Made by a program: the position numbers and the translations under genes | The notes under the pieces: generated by a model | Databases searched by the model: none | The model's input: the letters and a program-made list of their open reading frames with translations, nothing else | What the model was told of the DNA's origin: nothing | Part shown: positions 23,838 through 36,893 of the stretch, piece by piece | Numbering within the stretch: the first letter of the stretch is position 1 | Layout of the letters: each line of letters opens with the position of its first letter | Source: Dicyema japonicum | Lineage: Eukaryota > Animalia > Dicyemida | DNA: 64,000 nt | Reading direction: 5' to 3' | NCBI GenBank assembly: GCA_011109175.1 | Contig: RDEW01000025.1 | Span: 527,990-591,989 of the forward strand

Positions 23838-24155
23838 TCAATCTTCCCTCCAAGTATAATCACATTTTCTACATTTATAAAAAGTAGTCATTGGCTCATC
23901 AGCAGATCTTAGTTGGATATCCTGGTAAAAAGCCTCATCATGACCACATTTTTGGCAAACTGCGGACGTAACGAGTCCTGTATAAGTATCCTTAGAAACG
24001 ATTCCAATAGTTTGTTTTCTTTGGCGAGAAAACCTGAACAAATGCCGGCCAGAGCACATTTTTTCAAACATACAGGTATAGCACTGCATTCTAAGCGAGT
24101 TTCCATCTGATATAGTACAAAGTAAATTATGACAACGTGGACAGAAAAGATACAT
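23838..24155 (-). CDS. POLR3K: RNA polymerase III subunit RPC10/C11 (TFIIS-like), intronless
   Basis: MYLFCPRCHN..CYTC and C-terminal CQKCGH...IQLRSADEPMTTFYKCRKCDYTWRED. Confidence 0.95.
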   Translation of the reverse strand: MYLFCPRCHNLLCTISDGNSLRMQCYTCMFEKMCSGRHLFRFSRQRKQTIGIVSKDTYTGLVTSAVCQKCGHDEAFYQDIQLRSADEPMTTFYKCRKCDYTWRED

Positions 24156-24221
24156 AAATAATAAAAACGTGAATTAAAAAAATAAATTTAAATTTAAAAT
24201 AAATATTTATTACTTTTTTGT
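24156..24221. promoter_or_regulatory. putative bidirectional AT-rich promoter (POLR3K / PQBP1)
   Basis: 66 bp, almost all A/T, between divergent ATGs at 24155 (-) and 24222 (+). Confidence 0.6.
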
Positions 24222-25172
24222 ATGCCATTGACTCCTGAGTTATTATCGAGACTTCACAAGCGCGGAATTGTTTCTAAAAATGAAAATGAATGTATTTGCC
24301 TAAAATAAGACAATTTTAGTCGAGAGTCTCAAAGTGGTTGACTCTAAGGAGGAAGTCTACGCTGAAGATCACGATAACCAACCCAGTGCCAAGCGTGCAT
24401 CGTCTGCGAGAGATTTTCGACTGCTTGTTCATAAAGTTCACTATAAGAAATATTATAGGTTGTAAACTGTCCCCTGAAGTCTAATGAATACCACGTGTGT
24501 GTCGATAAATGTGAGACCAACTATGGCCTAATGACTTTTATTGAAAATCCACGGGAATCCTCCAAACGCTTAAAAATACTTAAAAAATATCCTCTAACTA
24601 AACATTGGAAAGAAGTGGGAGATCCTTTGACGTATTACAAGTAATTATGGTAGAGGGAGATTTTACTATTGGAACTTTGTCACAGGAAAGGTCTCTTGGT
24701 TACCTCCAGATCACCCAAAGGCCCGTATTTCATCTCCCAGAGGAAAAACTACTCGTTTAGTCTTTGATGATTTTCAGCCTCTTTCTAATAAACGTAATGA
24801 CCCCCAAGAACAAATTACCCGTGTTTGACCCAGAAAACGCTTATGAAGAGAAGAGAGTGAATTTTAAAACACACTGAATCCTTCAAAAAGCTCTGGATAT
24901 TTAAATAATGATGCACATTGATCCAATGGACCCGGCTGCCTACTCGGAGGTAGAAAGGTTTTTGTATATTCTATTTTCAAGAGGTACATGGAGTAGTGGA
25001 CTTAATTAAGATGGGCCCAAAAACGGGGGTAGATCATACAGTGACAGGCCCGCTGTTTCAACAGAGACCTTATCCTAATCCTGGATCAATTCTGAAAGCG
25101 CGAACAGAGAATCGGCAACTTAAAAGTAAAAAAATGATTTCTTGTATCTGCTTATTTTTTCGTGTCATGTGA
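24222..25172 (+). CDS. PQBP1: polyglutamine-binding protein 1 (WW domain, spliceosome-associated); apparent single-base indels in the 3' half
   Basis: MPLTPELLSRLHKRGI, EEVYAEDHD, CPLKSNEYHVCVDKC, WW-type GRFYYWNFVTGKVSWLPP, IDPMDPAAYSE..RGTWSSGL and KTGVDHTVTGPLFQQRPYPNPGSIL. Not present in the ORF track; 3' end approximate. Confidence 0.88.
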
Positions 25173-25192
25173 GTGTTCTTTTCGGCGTACGA

Positions 25193-25396
25193 TTAGCTTT
25201 GCAAGACCTGTGTCCACCTCCTCGTGCGAGGAACGAACGGATGTATGTAGAGATTTAAAGACTCCATCCTTTTCCTACTGGGTCTCTCTCCTACGACCCC
25301 GGAAGTCTCTATCTCAATAGGAGTTAAATGGCAGTTATCGCTGAGTGATCCGTACTTTAGGATTTTGCCGCTGAGTGATCCGGGCTTTACCCTCAA
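25193..25396 (-). mobile_element. CRE-like endonuclease 3' fragment
   Basis: KYGSLSDNCHLTPIEIETSGVVG parallels KYGGLPDNVQFVPLAMETSG. Confidence 0.6.
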
Positions 25397-25420
25397 TTAG
25401 TTCTTTGCGATTTTGTCAGA

Positions 25421-25660
25421 GTGGTGCCATCTGGCTACTTGATTAAGATTTCCCTAACTTCCCTCTGGTGGTGTCATTGAATCCACCTTACTCAGGAGAC
25501 GCTTTATTGCCTGGCCGGCATTCAGATGAATTTATTCATTCCACAAGGAAACTTTTTTCCTCACAAATGACGAGTTCTTGCATCGACCTCAACTTCCAGG
25601 ACAATGTCCTCTTGATCACTGTACTTGAATGAAGGTTCTGATGGAATGTGTCACGTTCAC
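25421..25660 (+). mobile_element. family-A LINE 5' head (pseudoknot core 25470-25533)
   Basis: GTGGTGCCATCTGGCTACTTG leader; homologous to 22558-22790. Confidence 0.7.
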
Positions 25661-25949
25661 GGTATTAGTTAGTTTGGTTTTACCCTTGGTTTTTGGAATA
25701 ATTAAATTTAATTCATTGCTTAGTACATGTACTATAAATAGATCAAAAATTGGATAAATAACATTTTTGTGAGTCACCAACTGAAGTATCTTGATCGTCC
25801 TGACTGATAAAACAACTCGTCTGCTTACTAAAACTCAAAATTGCAAACAAAGAACATAATTAGTCTATCCAATTTATTTATCTGTTATTTACCCTGCTTC
25901 CTTCAAATTAAGGATACTGGTGGTTAGCAGGAAAGTAATAGCCAAAAAG

Positions 25950-26440
25950 GGACGTTTTCAGAAAACAATCTGTGGGGAAATTAAATGTGGACCAGGATAA
26001 AATAATATATGCCTTATTCTTTAGCCCCCAAGAAGGCAGGAGGCCATGGGGACAAAACAGAATGCCCAATTTCATTCATTTAGTCTCAAAATCCTTAGTA
26101 TCAACGAGTTTTAGCGGCGTCTACTCAGGCCGTATGGTGACCACCGTTTCCATCAATGTTAGGTGGGAGACGCTGCAAAAGCTTTTGGATTTTGATAATA
26201 TTAGTAGAAACCTAGGCTTAGCTTCTATTTTTAGAAAAAAACTGGAAACCACGATTTTTTATCGGAGGGTTGATATGATCCTTTGGAGTGAAACAGAGAC
26301 AAGTCCTTCCAGTGTATTATTAGCCCTTCTTCAATGCATCTGGACTCCTTAATCCGTAAGAAGGAACGTGCTCGTGCGACTACGGCTATCCAGTTATACG
26401 GTGGATACGGGCTTGTGTGAGCTCGAGAAAGGAGCATCGG
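25950..26440 (-). mobile_element. degenerate RT remnant
   Basis: LLILSKSKSFCSVSHLTLME (cf. D.SKAFDSVSH) followed by a PHG.L motif. Confidence 0.4.
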
Positions 26441-27103
26441 GCCAAGTTGAGGTCTCTGTTAGAGCGTTCCGGGATCATGTGAGTAGTTATTTTGGTTTTA
26501 ATCTGGTCTTTGAATTTTTTTCATTTCACATAAATCGTCAATCCATCTCTTCCATCCACCTCTTTGTTACCATCGACAGAATAGATAGGGAGGCAATCTT
26601 CGAAAAGATTTCTGTAGTCAGGACAGTAATTAATAAAATATGGAAAGGAATGAAAGGATGAAGTCGATATCAGAAATCCATCATTGTCGAGGAGTCATAC
26701 TAAACTCATATGTCCTATAACAAATGATGAAAAAGTATTTCGGGAGAAACCGGGCAGTAGTTTCTACAAAATAGAAGAAATTCCTTTTATTTTCAAAACT
26801 GGAAAGTATAGGGTGTAGCCCAATAAATCTAATTCCTGATGATGGATTTATTAAATATTGTGAAGAAGATTAAGAATGGTTACCAAATAAAGAAGTTAAA
26901 CCGCGATCAAGGAATGCAAAGCAAACCTACATCCAAAAAATCTCTTTTTTTCTACTCTAATGTAGGGGCTCCAATAATGTGGAATACGAATGGACGTAAA
27001 GGTTAGTAAGGATACGTCGCAAATTCAAAATTGTACTTGTCTTAGAATACTCAGTTATAAACATTAAAAAACCAAATTTGATTTAAGAAAATACAAAATA
27101 TCA

Positions 27104-30100
27104 TTAAATGACAGCAAAAAGTCGCATTTTCTTTCTGGAACAACTTTCTTGTACATTTTCAATAATTTTAATAGTGGAGATCTGTTCCCCATCAGAGGTT
27201 GTATTACAGTCGTAAACTCTGTACAAATGATAAGCCGATCCCATCATTATAGCTGTCTTCATTTCATTAAATGATATTGGCATAAAGTCCTTATCAGAAA
27301 AAATAGTTGATTTAACTTCAATATATGTTTTTTCTCCCCCAGACTTTTCAACAATAAAGTCATATGGCAGTCCTGATTCATTTATTTGGTTTAACCACTG
27401 AACACTTATCATATCATCCTCTGCTGTCTTTACTTTCTTCATTAAATAGTTGAACACAAACAACTCTCCACGATAACCAATGTCTAAATTATTTTGTTTG
27501 GGTATAGCATCAGGAATAACGTCCGGTAACTTGTCAGAAAGATCACTGTCCTCCTTGTTTACAAAAATCTTGGCCCTCTTAGATTCTCTTTGGTTCGGAT
27601 TACTTTGGTGCTTCCTCTTCTCATTCCTTACCTCATGCCAAGTGCTAAATTCAACACGTCTGTATTAACATAATAAATACTCATTATTCCGTCGAATTAA
27701 ACTATCCATGAAGATTGATAAATCATTCCTGAGTTCGTCATCATCAGTCAAGTGTGATGAAAGAACTCTGTTAAACTCACTGAGCAGCTCCACACAGTCA
27801 GTCCTTTGGTAGAAATGCTCAATGTGATTTATAGCATCAGATGAATTCATTTGACAATATATTGTGTTGGCTTCTGTTGACACACCAACCAATTCGGGTA
27901 TAACCACAGATTCGTCAAATCTCTCCGTTTTGAATGTATATCTTACAGAAAAACTGTCAACCTAGAGTAAACATTAAAACTACAGCTTTGAGACGAAGAT
28001 TGCGAACCTTTGCTCCACAGTCTTCCATTTTATACTTTTCATTCTTCAACCATCCACTCATATACTGTCTAATAAGAGGCAATAATCTATTCGTGTACAC
28101 ATAGAGAGACTCAAATTCAAAAACTGGTCCTTCCACATCAACAATCTCAGAAGAGACACATTGATTATATAAAGGAACTCCCAATTGTACTAAAATATCC
28201 CTTACTTCTACAAATCAGATAACGTCATACTCTTATTATCATATATTATACTATCAACCACCCTTAGATTACTAAATATGCCATAATCTCTACCAATAAC
28301 AACATCATCAAGCTAAAAGTGACTACCACATACAAACCTTACACAAACACGCATTAACAGGTATAAATGATAAATGCATCAGTTCCTTTCTAAGGAATTG
28401 CCAGGACATCCCCTCATTGGTCACTGCACTGTCTAAAGCACATAGCACTGAACACAAATCATTGAGGTCAGGCTTACTAGCACTAGCAATACGCTCTATA
28501 ATGGATAAACACTCCTTAACAGTCAAATACTCCTCAACTTTCATTAGTTTGAACAACTCCAACAACTACAGTCAATAAATAATAAAACCTCAGGATAAAC
28601 TGATTTCAACGAAACTCCACTCCTCAGTAAATAACGAGACAATATTCGTGCATTTTCGTGCCAAATTGCTTCACTTCCATACAAAAACAGACCATTTACA
28701 AGATTATTCTCATTATCCATTGATATTGGCACAAATATATACGGTTTATCTTCCACACAACGCTTTAGTTCGTCAGGGGAACATTTGGACAGTAATATCT
28801 AAAATAAAATAGAAATAAACTTATAAATCCTATCCATAGACGATACTGAAAGCATCATAGTCTTTGGAATCCTGAGATTATCCCTTATGGACCATTTATT
28901 CAATAACGAGAACAAACATGAGACAGAGAAGCAGTGAGAAATGCCAATAAAGTCCATAAACTGTTTGTTTAATTGAATATTATCGAATTCACAGTCCAAA
29001 TAGGGAACATTATTAGCAAACATATCTTCAACTTCCTTAGAACGCACAAACACTTCATTTGGTATCAACAGCATTAAATCCTCACATTCCCCCTCATCAG
29101 GAGAGAGTGGTATTCTTACACTAGGAATCCAACTATTATTCTTCAAAGTAAGCCCAAGGGAACTTAATTTACTTCCAGAGAACATCTAAAATAAGGGTAA
29201 TACTACATATTTGGAGTAATGAGTTGACCAATATTGATTTAAATGCTGTAATAGCTGTTTTAATCTCCCTCTATTTTCAGCGGAATCAGTGATAATGGAA
29301 TGTATTTCAAGACTTTCATAGTCTTCACATTCATCTGATTTAGGTATTCTTTCAATACAAAACCCATTAGAAATGCCCAAGTTATTCAAAAATTCAAAAA
29401 AAGAGATCAAATTTGAATTTACAATAGGCTTAGAGAAATATAATGAATGCAGTAATTTTAATTCCTTGAAGCAGTCAACCTGTGCCACCGATATTCCCTC
29501 CAAATTAATCAAATGGACAGTTTTCCTGTAATCCCCATAAACTAAATAGCTGTCCTCTGTCAAGATAGGAAGTTTCGACAAATCAACTTCAGATGGGGAT
29601 TTCCTCCATAAAATAAAAAATAATATAGCAGATGAAACAAAGAATTGTCGTTTCTCTTCAGGGACCACACCAACGTGAGCAAGTGAGGTATAACATAGCT
29701 ATTCATGAGTCCTTTCAAAGAGACAGATTCAATCCCCACCAACTTAATTAGTCCACGTGCTTGTGATTCTATGACCGGATCCGTGTCATCAAACAGACTT
29801 GGATGGATAAAGTTAATATTATCGACAATGTAAGACAAATCATCAAATATTTCGTCAATTTCATTAAACCCGTCATTATAAAACACATTATTAGACTCAA
29901 GTGATGTCAATCTTCCATTATTAAGAGGATAAATACACAAATGTCTCATATAATTAATTATATGATCTGTAATAAATCCAACAGATGACACGTGATGATA
30001 TAAACAGGACAACAGAGCACAAATATTTGGGTAGATTATCTAAGTTAGAAGTAATAATACCAATAATCATATCCCTTGTCCACTTGATCATATATTTGCA

Positions 30101-33100
30101 CACGTGGGCTGCCAAATCCACTGAGAACCGTTTAACTCCCAATTCAATTAGAATGTCTCTGTTAACTTTTGTGGGTAAAATTAGGATCAACGATACACAG
30201 ATTAAGTAAGTCATGCCAAAATGAATATGAAAAAGCAGAAGCCAATCTCAAATCATCAAATACAAGACATTCCCCAGGTTTTTTAGGTTATCATCTTTAA
30301 TCACGCGAATTATAGGCATTTCTTTAACTAAGCGAGCAAGAGAGGCCAGAAATGGATGGAAAAAGGCTGAAACTTCTGTCTTCTTTGGATAAAACTGTAG
30401 AAAGTGCATAATATAATCATCATTGTCAAAATAATTCTAAAATATAATGAAAAGTCAACCTTAAAGCAGTATAACCCATCTTTCATAAATAAATCAGAAT
30501 AATGAGACATTAGTGATAGATTCCAATGAGAATCACATAAAATATCCTCTCTAGAGGAAGACAAATCAAAATCCCCATGGAGGGCAAATCTTAATCCATA
30601 ACTCCGAATGGGGAGAAAAGCATAAACAGACTGAAATGTAGCTTTCCCTCCCAATGGAAAAGCCAATTTAATAGTGGTTACCTGACCCAACACTTGGACT
30701 TGTTTGCTGACACTCAACCAATTAACAGACTCTCCCTTTCCAGTAATACTCACCAAATTTCCCGATATATTATTTCTTACAAAAACAGTTGAATGTTCAG
30801 TCTAAGAATAAACAAATAATGATACTCCAAGCTTGATTACTATTTTGTGTAATTTATTAAGAAATAAAAGCACATTGCCATCAACTCTCCCCAATTTTGT
30901 TATTATTGAACCAACTGGGAGAGAAATTGGTAGAACAATGGTAGTATTATAGCCAATAGGGTTATATCCTTCATCTAAACTACATAAAATATATTAACCA
31001 ATGAATGACGGCACAATATAACCAATCGGCTGAGAAGTTGACGAAAATTCAATATGCAGGTTATTTGAGTGAATTTGAGGTCTATCAGATACTTTGAAGA
31101 CTGATTTAAACCCAATTCCCTTTCGTCCTAAACATGATTGAGTAATATCACCTATTAGTGACTGCTTTTTACTACAAGCAACATCACAAATGCTGTAAAG
31201 GTCATCAACCGTAAAACCAAGTTCATTATTGGAAATTTCAACCTTATAAAATAAAAATTTATACAAATGTAACAGAATTGCATGTTTTCACATTAAACTC
31301 AAGGGTAGGACAGTCTAATTGGTGAGAATAATAATTATCATCAGCGTTTTGAATTAATTCGTACACAAAATGAATGTCCTTTGAATACAAGTCCTAGGTA
31401 ATAATTGATGAAGATAACCTGTGAGAGTTGTCGAATTGTACGTGATAATCGTCCATGTTGTACTTGGATAATATTTGCAGTCATTCCATCTAATGAAAAT
31501 ACTCCAATTCCAAATTGTTCTCTCCTTAAAGTATCAACTACATTCCTCCACTCATCAATTGTAAGATCACGTTGGGGATTCACTTCTATTGGTACAAATT
31601 TTAAAATCTACCAGTTATCAACAAATCCGAAGATACTGGTAAATGTTCCCAATGCTTATAGTCTTTACAATTTTTAGATTGCTTTGAATGTTACTAACAG
31701 TATTGATAGACAATGTTGGATTATTATACGGAATCTCTACTTCTTCAATGTAAGAGTTAATAGAATATTCAAGTTTGTATAATTGAGCTATTCTAATAAG
31801 TCTCTGGTGTGTTTTGAAAGTAAGTGAAGTGTGAGATAATAAATCGTTGAATGTATTAAATTCAATAAAGTGTTTCAGAATAACCTATTGAGTCATTAAT
31901 AAGTAATACAGTGTATCCAACTGTGGCACAACTACGCCATGGAAGGAGATCAATACATGAAATCACAAACTGGGAGATGACATTCAAAGATTTATTAGAG
32001 AACTTGAGTCTGATGGATGAAGCAATCGCATTCAAGTCAGATTTAGATACCAAACAAGCCATAATATTAGCACAAAACAGTCTAGCATCCAAATTCTCAA
32101 TGGATGCTTCCAAGTCATTACAATTTTTGGGGACTTTAATTAAAATATTGGGGGATGTCTCAATAAATAAATAATCAACTTCTAAAAATAAATATTGATA
32201 GAATAACCATGAAAACACACAAAGTCCTTAAAATTTCCAAGAGAGTATTTAAAAACAACATCCCATGAACTAAACTCAATAATGTTATCCATATAAGGAC
32301 AATCTTGTATTCTTTCTAAGGCAGAATCCACCAATTCGTGGATATTCATAGGTCCTTCCAAACTCAGTAAAGACAAACTGGCATTGTCGATAAGAGCAGT
32401 CTCATAAATGACAGTCCCAAGATTAATTTTATTATTCCTTAGAGTATTTATAAATTCTTCAGTCTCTTCCCCAATTTGTCCCCTCAAACACAATTGGTCT
32501 ACCATAGCGTTTGAACAAAGTGGCTAAATAATATTTAATCATTACCTCGTCAGAAAAGTGACTTTTTTGGGAGATAAGACTAGCAATACTCTCAGTAAAA
32601 GCACGTGGGATGTTATGAACCTTAAATTCCTTTTTATTCGGGAAATTCTAAATTAATAAAAGGAAATACCATTGTGGGAAGAACATGCTCGTATAAGAAA
32701 TGAAGAAACGAGCCATAACCGAAACTATCAAATAATTCAATAGAATATTCTTCTTTCAATGCCCTTTCCGTGTGACAAATACTGTATAATAGAGTAGAAA
32801 AGTCCTTTGTATTAATCTCCCTTAATATTCTCTCCATCAGTTGTTCTTAATATAAAACATCACAGTAGAACCTTTAGAACACACTGGTTTACTATTTTGA
32901 CTGATAATCGCTGATACAATTTTTCCTGAATTTTCTTCAATTTCATTTCTACACACACAAACAGCATATTGGACGATTAATTGGAGTATTTCATTAGACT
33001 TCACTATTCTGTTGAATTTATTAATGCACTCTCTAGCAGTAATAAACTATTAATAAATACTAATTCAACCATATTTTTAGTTCGTTGTTGTGTGGGGTGT

Positions 33101-33740
33101 TCAATTACCGATAAAACTAATTTCCTGACTTTTTCAAAAATATCAGACGCTACTACGTTGCAGGGCTGAGTTACGTACCACATTCTCAACTTATCAACTA
33201 CGTTTTGATTAAAAAAGCTCTCTTCCAACTGCACAATGGATGTCTTAAGAAAACGACAGGTAATTCTAAGGAATGTGAGCGGAATATCATCATTTTTTCT
33301 ACTTCGAAAAACAGTGACAATGGTTGGGTAATTAGAGATCCTCAAACCAAGTTCGTATATATTTTGAACTCCTGTCTTTCTCCCCACAAAGTCGAGAAAA
33401 TCATACAAAGTGAGTTTCCCAAACTTTCCTTTGACAATAAACTCCTCTAAATATTCTAATACTTGTTTTGTCGTTAATGCATAAATATTTGGTTGATTTA
33501 TCTTAGTTTTAATTATAAAACTACATGGAAAAGCTCTATTATTGTCGGGAAGGACGTAGCTGGCCCAATCTGGTGTTGGGAAAAGTCTTGTACGTTAGTT
33601 AGATTATTATAGTCAATTATAAGTTCATGAAGAGTACACACAGCACGTGTATGAACATATGAACGAATAAATGCATCAAAATGCTTGAATTTTTGTTCTG
33701 GTGTTACTGATTGCTGGTGGCCTTGAGATTGATAAATCAT
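27104..33740 (-). CDS. NO VEIN-like large protein: sacsin-type GHKL ATPase + C-terminal DUF3883 (PD-(D/E)xK-like) domain; many short introns
   Basis: DLYSKDIHFVYELIQNADDN, NNELGF...SICDV and GRKGIGFKSVF..SDRPQIHSN. C-terminus WLNQINESGLPYDF...YIEVKST.....IS.NE...A......YHLYRV. I did not verify every junction. Confidence 0.85.
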
Positions 33741-34179
33741 GGATCGCTAATGCACTTAAACAAAACGTGATTTAAATTTTTGGTCTTTATTTTTTAAATT
33801 TAATTTGTAAATTTATAAATGTTGTTTATTATTTGTAAAAATAAACATTTAATTTATAGTGTTATGAAGTTAATTGGCATAAAATGGCAAATTAATCTGC
33901 GACATTTTGAATATGTTTTGGTGAAAAAGCACCTGTTGCTTTTTTGAAATGATCTTTGGAATCGTAATTATTTTCTTCATCGTTTTCACCCACTTTTTAA
34001 CATGAGGATTGCTTCCGAGTCGTCTACATGAGGGGGAGACCATTCAAGCGATACTTTTCTTTTAATGGTCCTAGTTGAGACAAATTCAGGATCATTGCGT
34101 CATCGTAATTTTTTTTGAAACGGAATAGGAATTTTCTTTAGCGTCTGTCTGCTTTTTAAACGTTCTGTGATTTCTTATT

Positions 34180-34450
34180 TCTGCTAGGTCGTTGCAGAAA
34201 TGCCAGGATTTGTAAGTCATTGAGGGGTTGTAGATTTCGCATACATAAATGATCTTGCATTGGATGATTATATACGGTCACATGTGTGCGCAGGATACGC
34301 CGGTAATCTTTTGTAAGCCTACGTTTTGAATCTTTTAAAGATTCCGTAGATTTGAGTAAGAGACATAGCTAGCGTAGTTCAGAGTAATTCTGATTAATTG
34401 TTTGAATATAGGTTTTAGGGTGTTTTTTCGTACAAATTTGTTTTTTCCTC
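34180..34450 (-). mobile_element. LINE RT C-terminal remnant
   Basis: IFKQLIRITLNYAS...KIQNVGLQKITG. Confidence 0.5.
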
Positions 34451-34812
34451 GTGTGCTTCATATGTCTGTTTCTCATCCGAGATTTTACTAAATCTTCAAG
34501 ATCTCCCTTCGAAAAGGCTTTCTTATAAGCCCGAACTGTGTGGGAGGGAATTTGATTATTTCTTTCTAAAGACCAATTTTCTCAGAGGTTCTGAGAATTA
34601 CTTCACATTTTTTTGAACTCATCAAATACCTCAACCAGTACCGCCTGGCTTGCATTCGATCGGCATGCATGAAGGATAGTGGTTGATGGTTTGATTCCTA
34701 ACCAATTCCTAGCGTCGGGACTTTACTCGACAATAAGAGCATTCTAATGACATTTCATATTTACTTTTTCTGGATTTCTGTGAGGCTCAATTGTGTCGAT
34801 GTGAGAAAATGA

Positions 34813-35010
34813 TTGATCGAAAAGGAATCCAACCTCTCTCCTCAAGAAGAGGTCTTGAAGATTTTCTATACATTAACCTTAAATGATGTTATTAATCGTT
34901 TGGGTTCTTTCCATCATCAAACTGTTGGACTTGTTCCAGAAGATAGGAGAAGATCAGACGGGATGACGATCTTCCCATTTGTGTCAATGTCTCTTCTTCA
35001 ACAAATATGA
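34813..35010 (+). mobile_element. CRE-like endonuclease fragment
   Basis: LNDVINR.L.....EDRRRSDGMTIFPF. Confidence 0.65.
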
Positions 35011-35899
35011 TTTCTAATTGAACTCATACTGTCCTGCTGCTGACTCTGCCGAACGGATGAACTGGATAAATATTCTTCGCTTGGAGACCAATTCAGTTTC
35101 GTCCCAATTGCATTTGAGATATAGGGTGTGACCGACCTGTCACCAAAGGTGTTCTCCGAAAGATTGTAAGCGAAATCTTTTTCAAAGCTGAGAGACCTCG
35201 AAGCGGCGTTGGAACGGGTCTCGGAATTGCTATTGTTCGTGGCAATGCTTACTGTCTCTTGGCAGCTGGTGTCTGATTTGTTTTATGTATAATAATAATA
35301 TTTTAAGTTTTTTTTTGTAATAAAAATAAGATCTGAGATCTTTCTGTTTAAAGTGGAAAGTCGATGACAGAGAATTGTCTAAGAGATGCTATTTCTCTTC
35401 ATAGCACGCCTTTCTTTTATCAGGGCAATGGTGTTACTATTGAAAACTGGCTTAGCCCCGGGACTACACCTCAATGGGGTCTATTTGGAATCAGAAGAAA
35501 TTATGCTGGAATTGAAATATTTCAAACCAAAATCAATTGAATTAAAATTTACCAGAGAATTCTTTGAAATTTCCATTCTCGTCGAAATTTATTCAATCTC
35601 CTGGTTTGTACCAAAATCATCGTTAAGTCGAAAAGAACAAAATAATTGATCCAGACTGTTAGCTTGACTCGATGTTCTTCCCTTGACCCTAAACAAGTTA
35701 GTTGGAGTCGGGTGGTCTTTTGATCACGTTGGGTCAGGACACTTCCGTTATTCCTACGGATTAGGATCTCCAAGAGTGTCGATGTCATGTTCTTTTGACT
35801 TTAGACCACTTCTCTGTCACCTAATGACCTTTTTGTCTAGTCGCGATTTTCTGAGAATTTGTTTAAAATATTAAAGACCTTCATGAAGTGAAAATGCAT

Positions 35900-36150
35900 G
35901 GCTTAGTGACTAGTACCAGACAGAAGTATGGGGTGATTCCCGATATTCCATTGTCACGTTAGGCTTTTCAGGAAGTTGATTTTTTTTTCGAATTTGTTTA
36001 CCACATTTAAAACATGCCGTGAAAAACACATGTGTGTATCGAAGGTTACTCTCAGGATTTTTTGTCATTTTTTAAATGGAAATGATTTCTCATTCGCTTT
36101 ATTTTCAATTGACATGTTTGCCATTCTCTTGGCGGAGGTGAATAGGGATG
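35900..36150 (-). mobile_element. family-A-type RT fragment
   Basis: KILRVTFDTHMCFSRHV...KKINFLKSL, parallel to 53160-53260. Confidence 0.6.
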
Positions 36151-36370
36151 TAACGGATTTCTTTGGGCCTTGCACTGGGAGAAAAGTCTTCCCGATATTT
36201 TTATGGTTAAAGATAAGTAAATAAACGTTTTTAATGAATATTTTTATTATTTAAATTTTTATTATTAAATAATAAATTTTTAATTTAAAAATTTTTAAAT
36301 TACGCATATATTACATTAAGTTAAGTATTTTGAATAGCTGCTGATGTTGTAATATATTACTATAAATAGA

Positions 36371-36865
36371 ATGGATAAGAAGACTGACACAAAGAAAACA
36401 TGGAAAATCAAAAAGAATACAAGTGAAGCCAATAAAACACCTAAGAAGGCGCCTAAACAGAAGAAGGTTGATTATTTGTTGTTTTCTTGACTAAAAATAA
36501 GTGATCTGCCTAAAAATATAAATACATTTGTAAACCGAGAGTGGGATGATTCGTATAAATTTATAAGTGAAGTATTTCCTAGTGAAAGTATAATAAATGT
36601 AATATTAGACTCTGCCTTATTTAAACAATTGAGTGTTCAACACAAGGAGAATTGTAGGATTAACAATGAGTTGGAGTCTCTTGAGAAAAGAAAGACAGAA
36701 CTACTTTTGATGATTTCAATGATTAACTATTTTGATTGATTTATAATTTTTTTAAATATTTAGTGACAACTACCGGACAGAATTGAGATGCTTCCTTGTT
36801 ATAATCTTGTAGCTCCTTGTTCCTACGATGCTTTATGGCATGACAAGTTACGTCGTAATCATTGA
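36371..36865 (+). CDS. candidate small orphan gene (Lys-rich N-terminus, coiled-coil-like), intron-split
   Basis: ATG follows an AT-rich island; MDKKTDTKKTWKIKK. Coding-like segments are separated by intron-like spacers, but not all splice sites are canonical. Confidence 0.35.
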
Positions 36866-36893
36866 TAGCACACTGCCGGAATGAAGTCTACAG

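Noticed and set aside
33990-34060. EWSPPHVDD as an RNase H motif of family A
   Set aside because: A single short degenerate match, insufficient to claim the domain.
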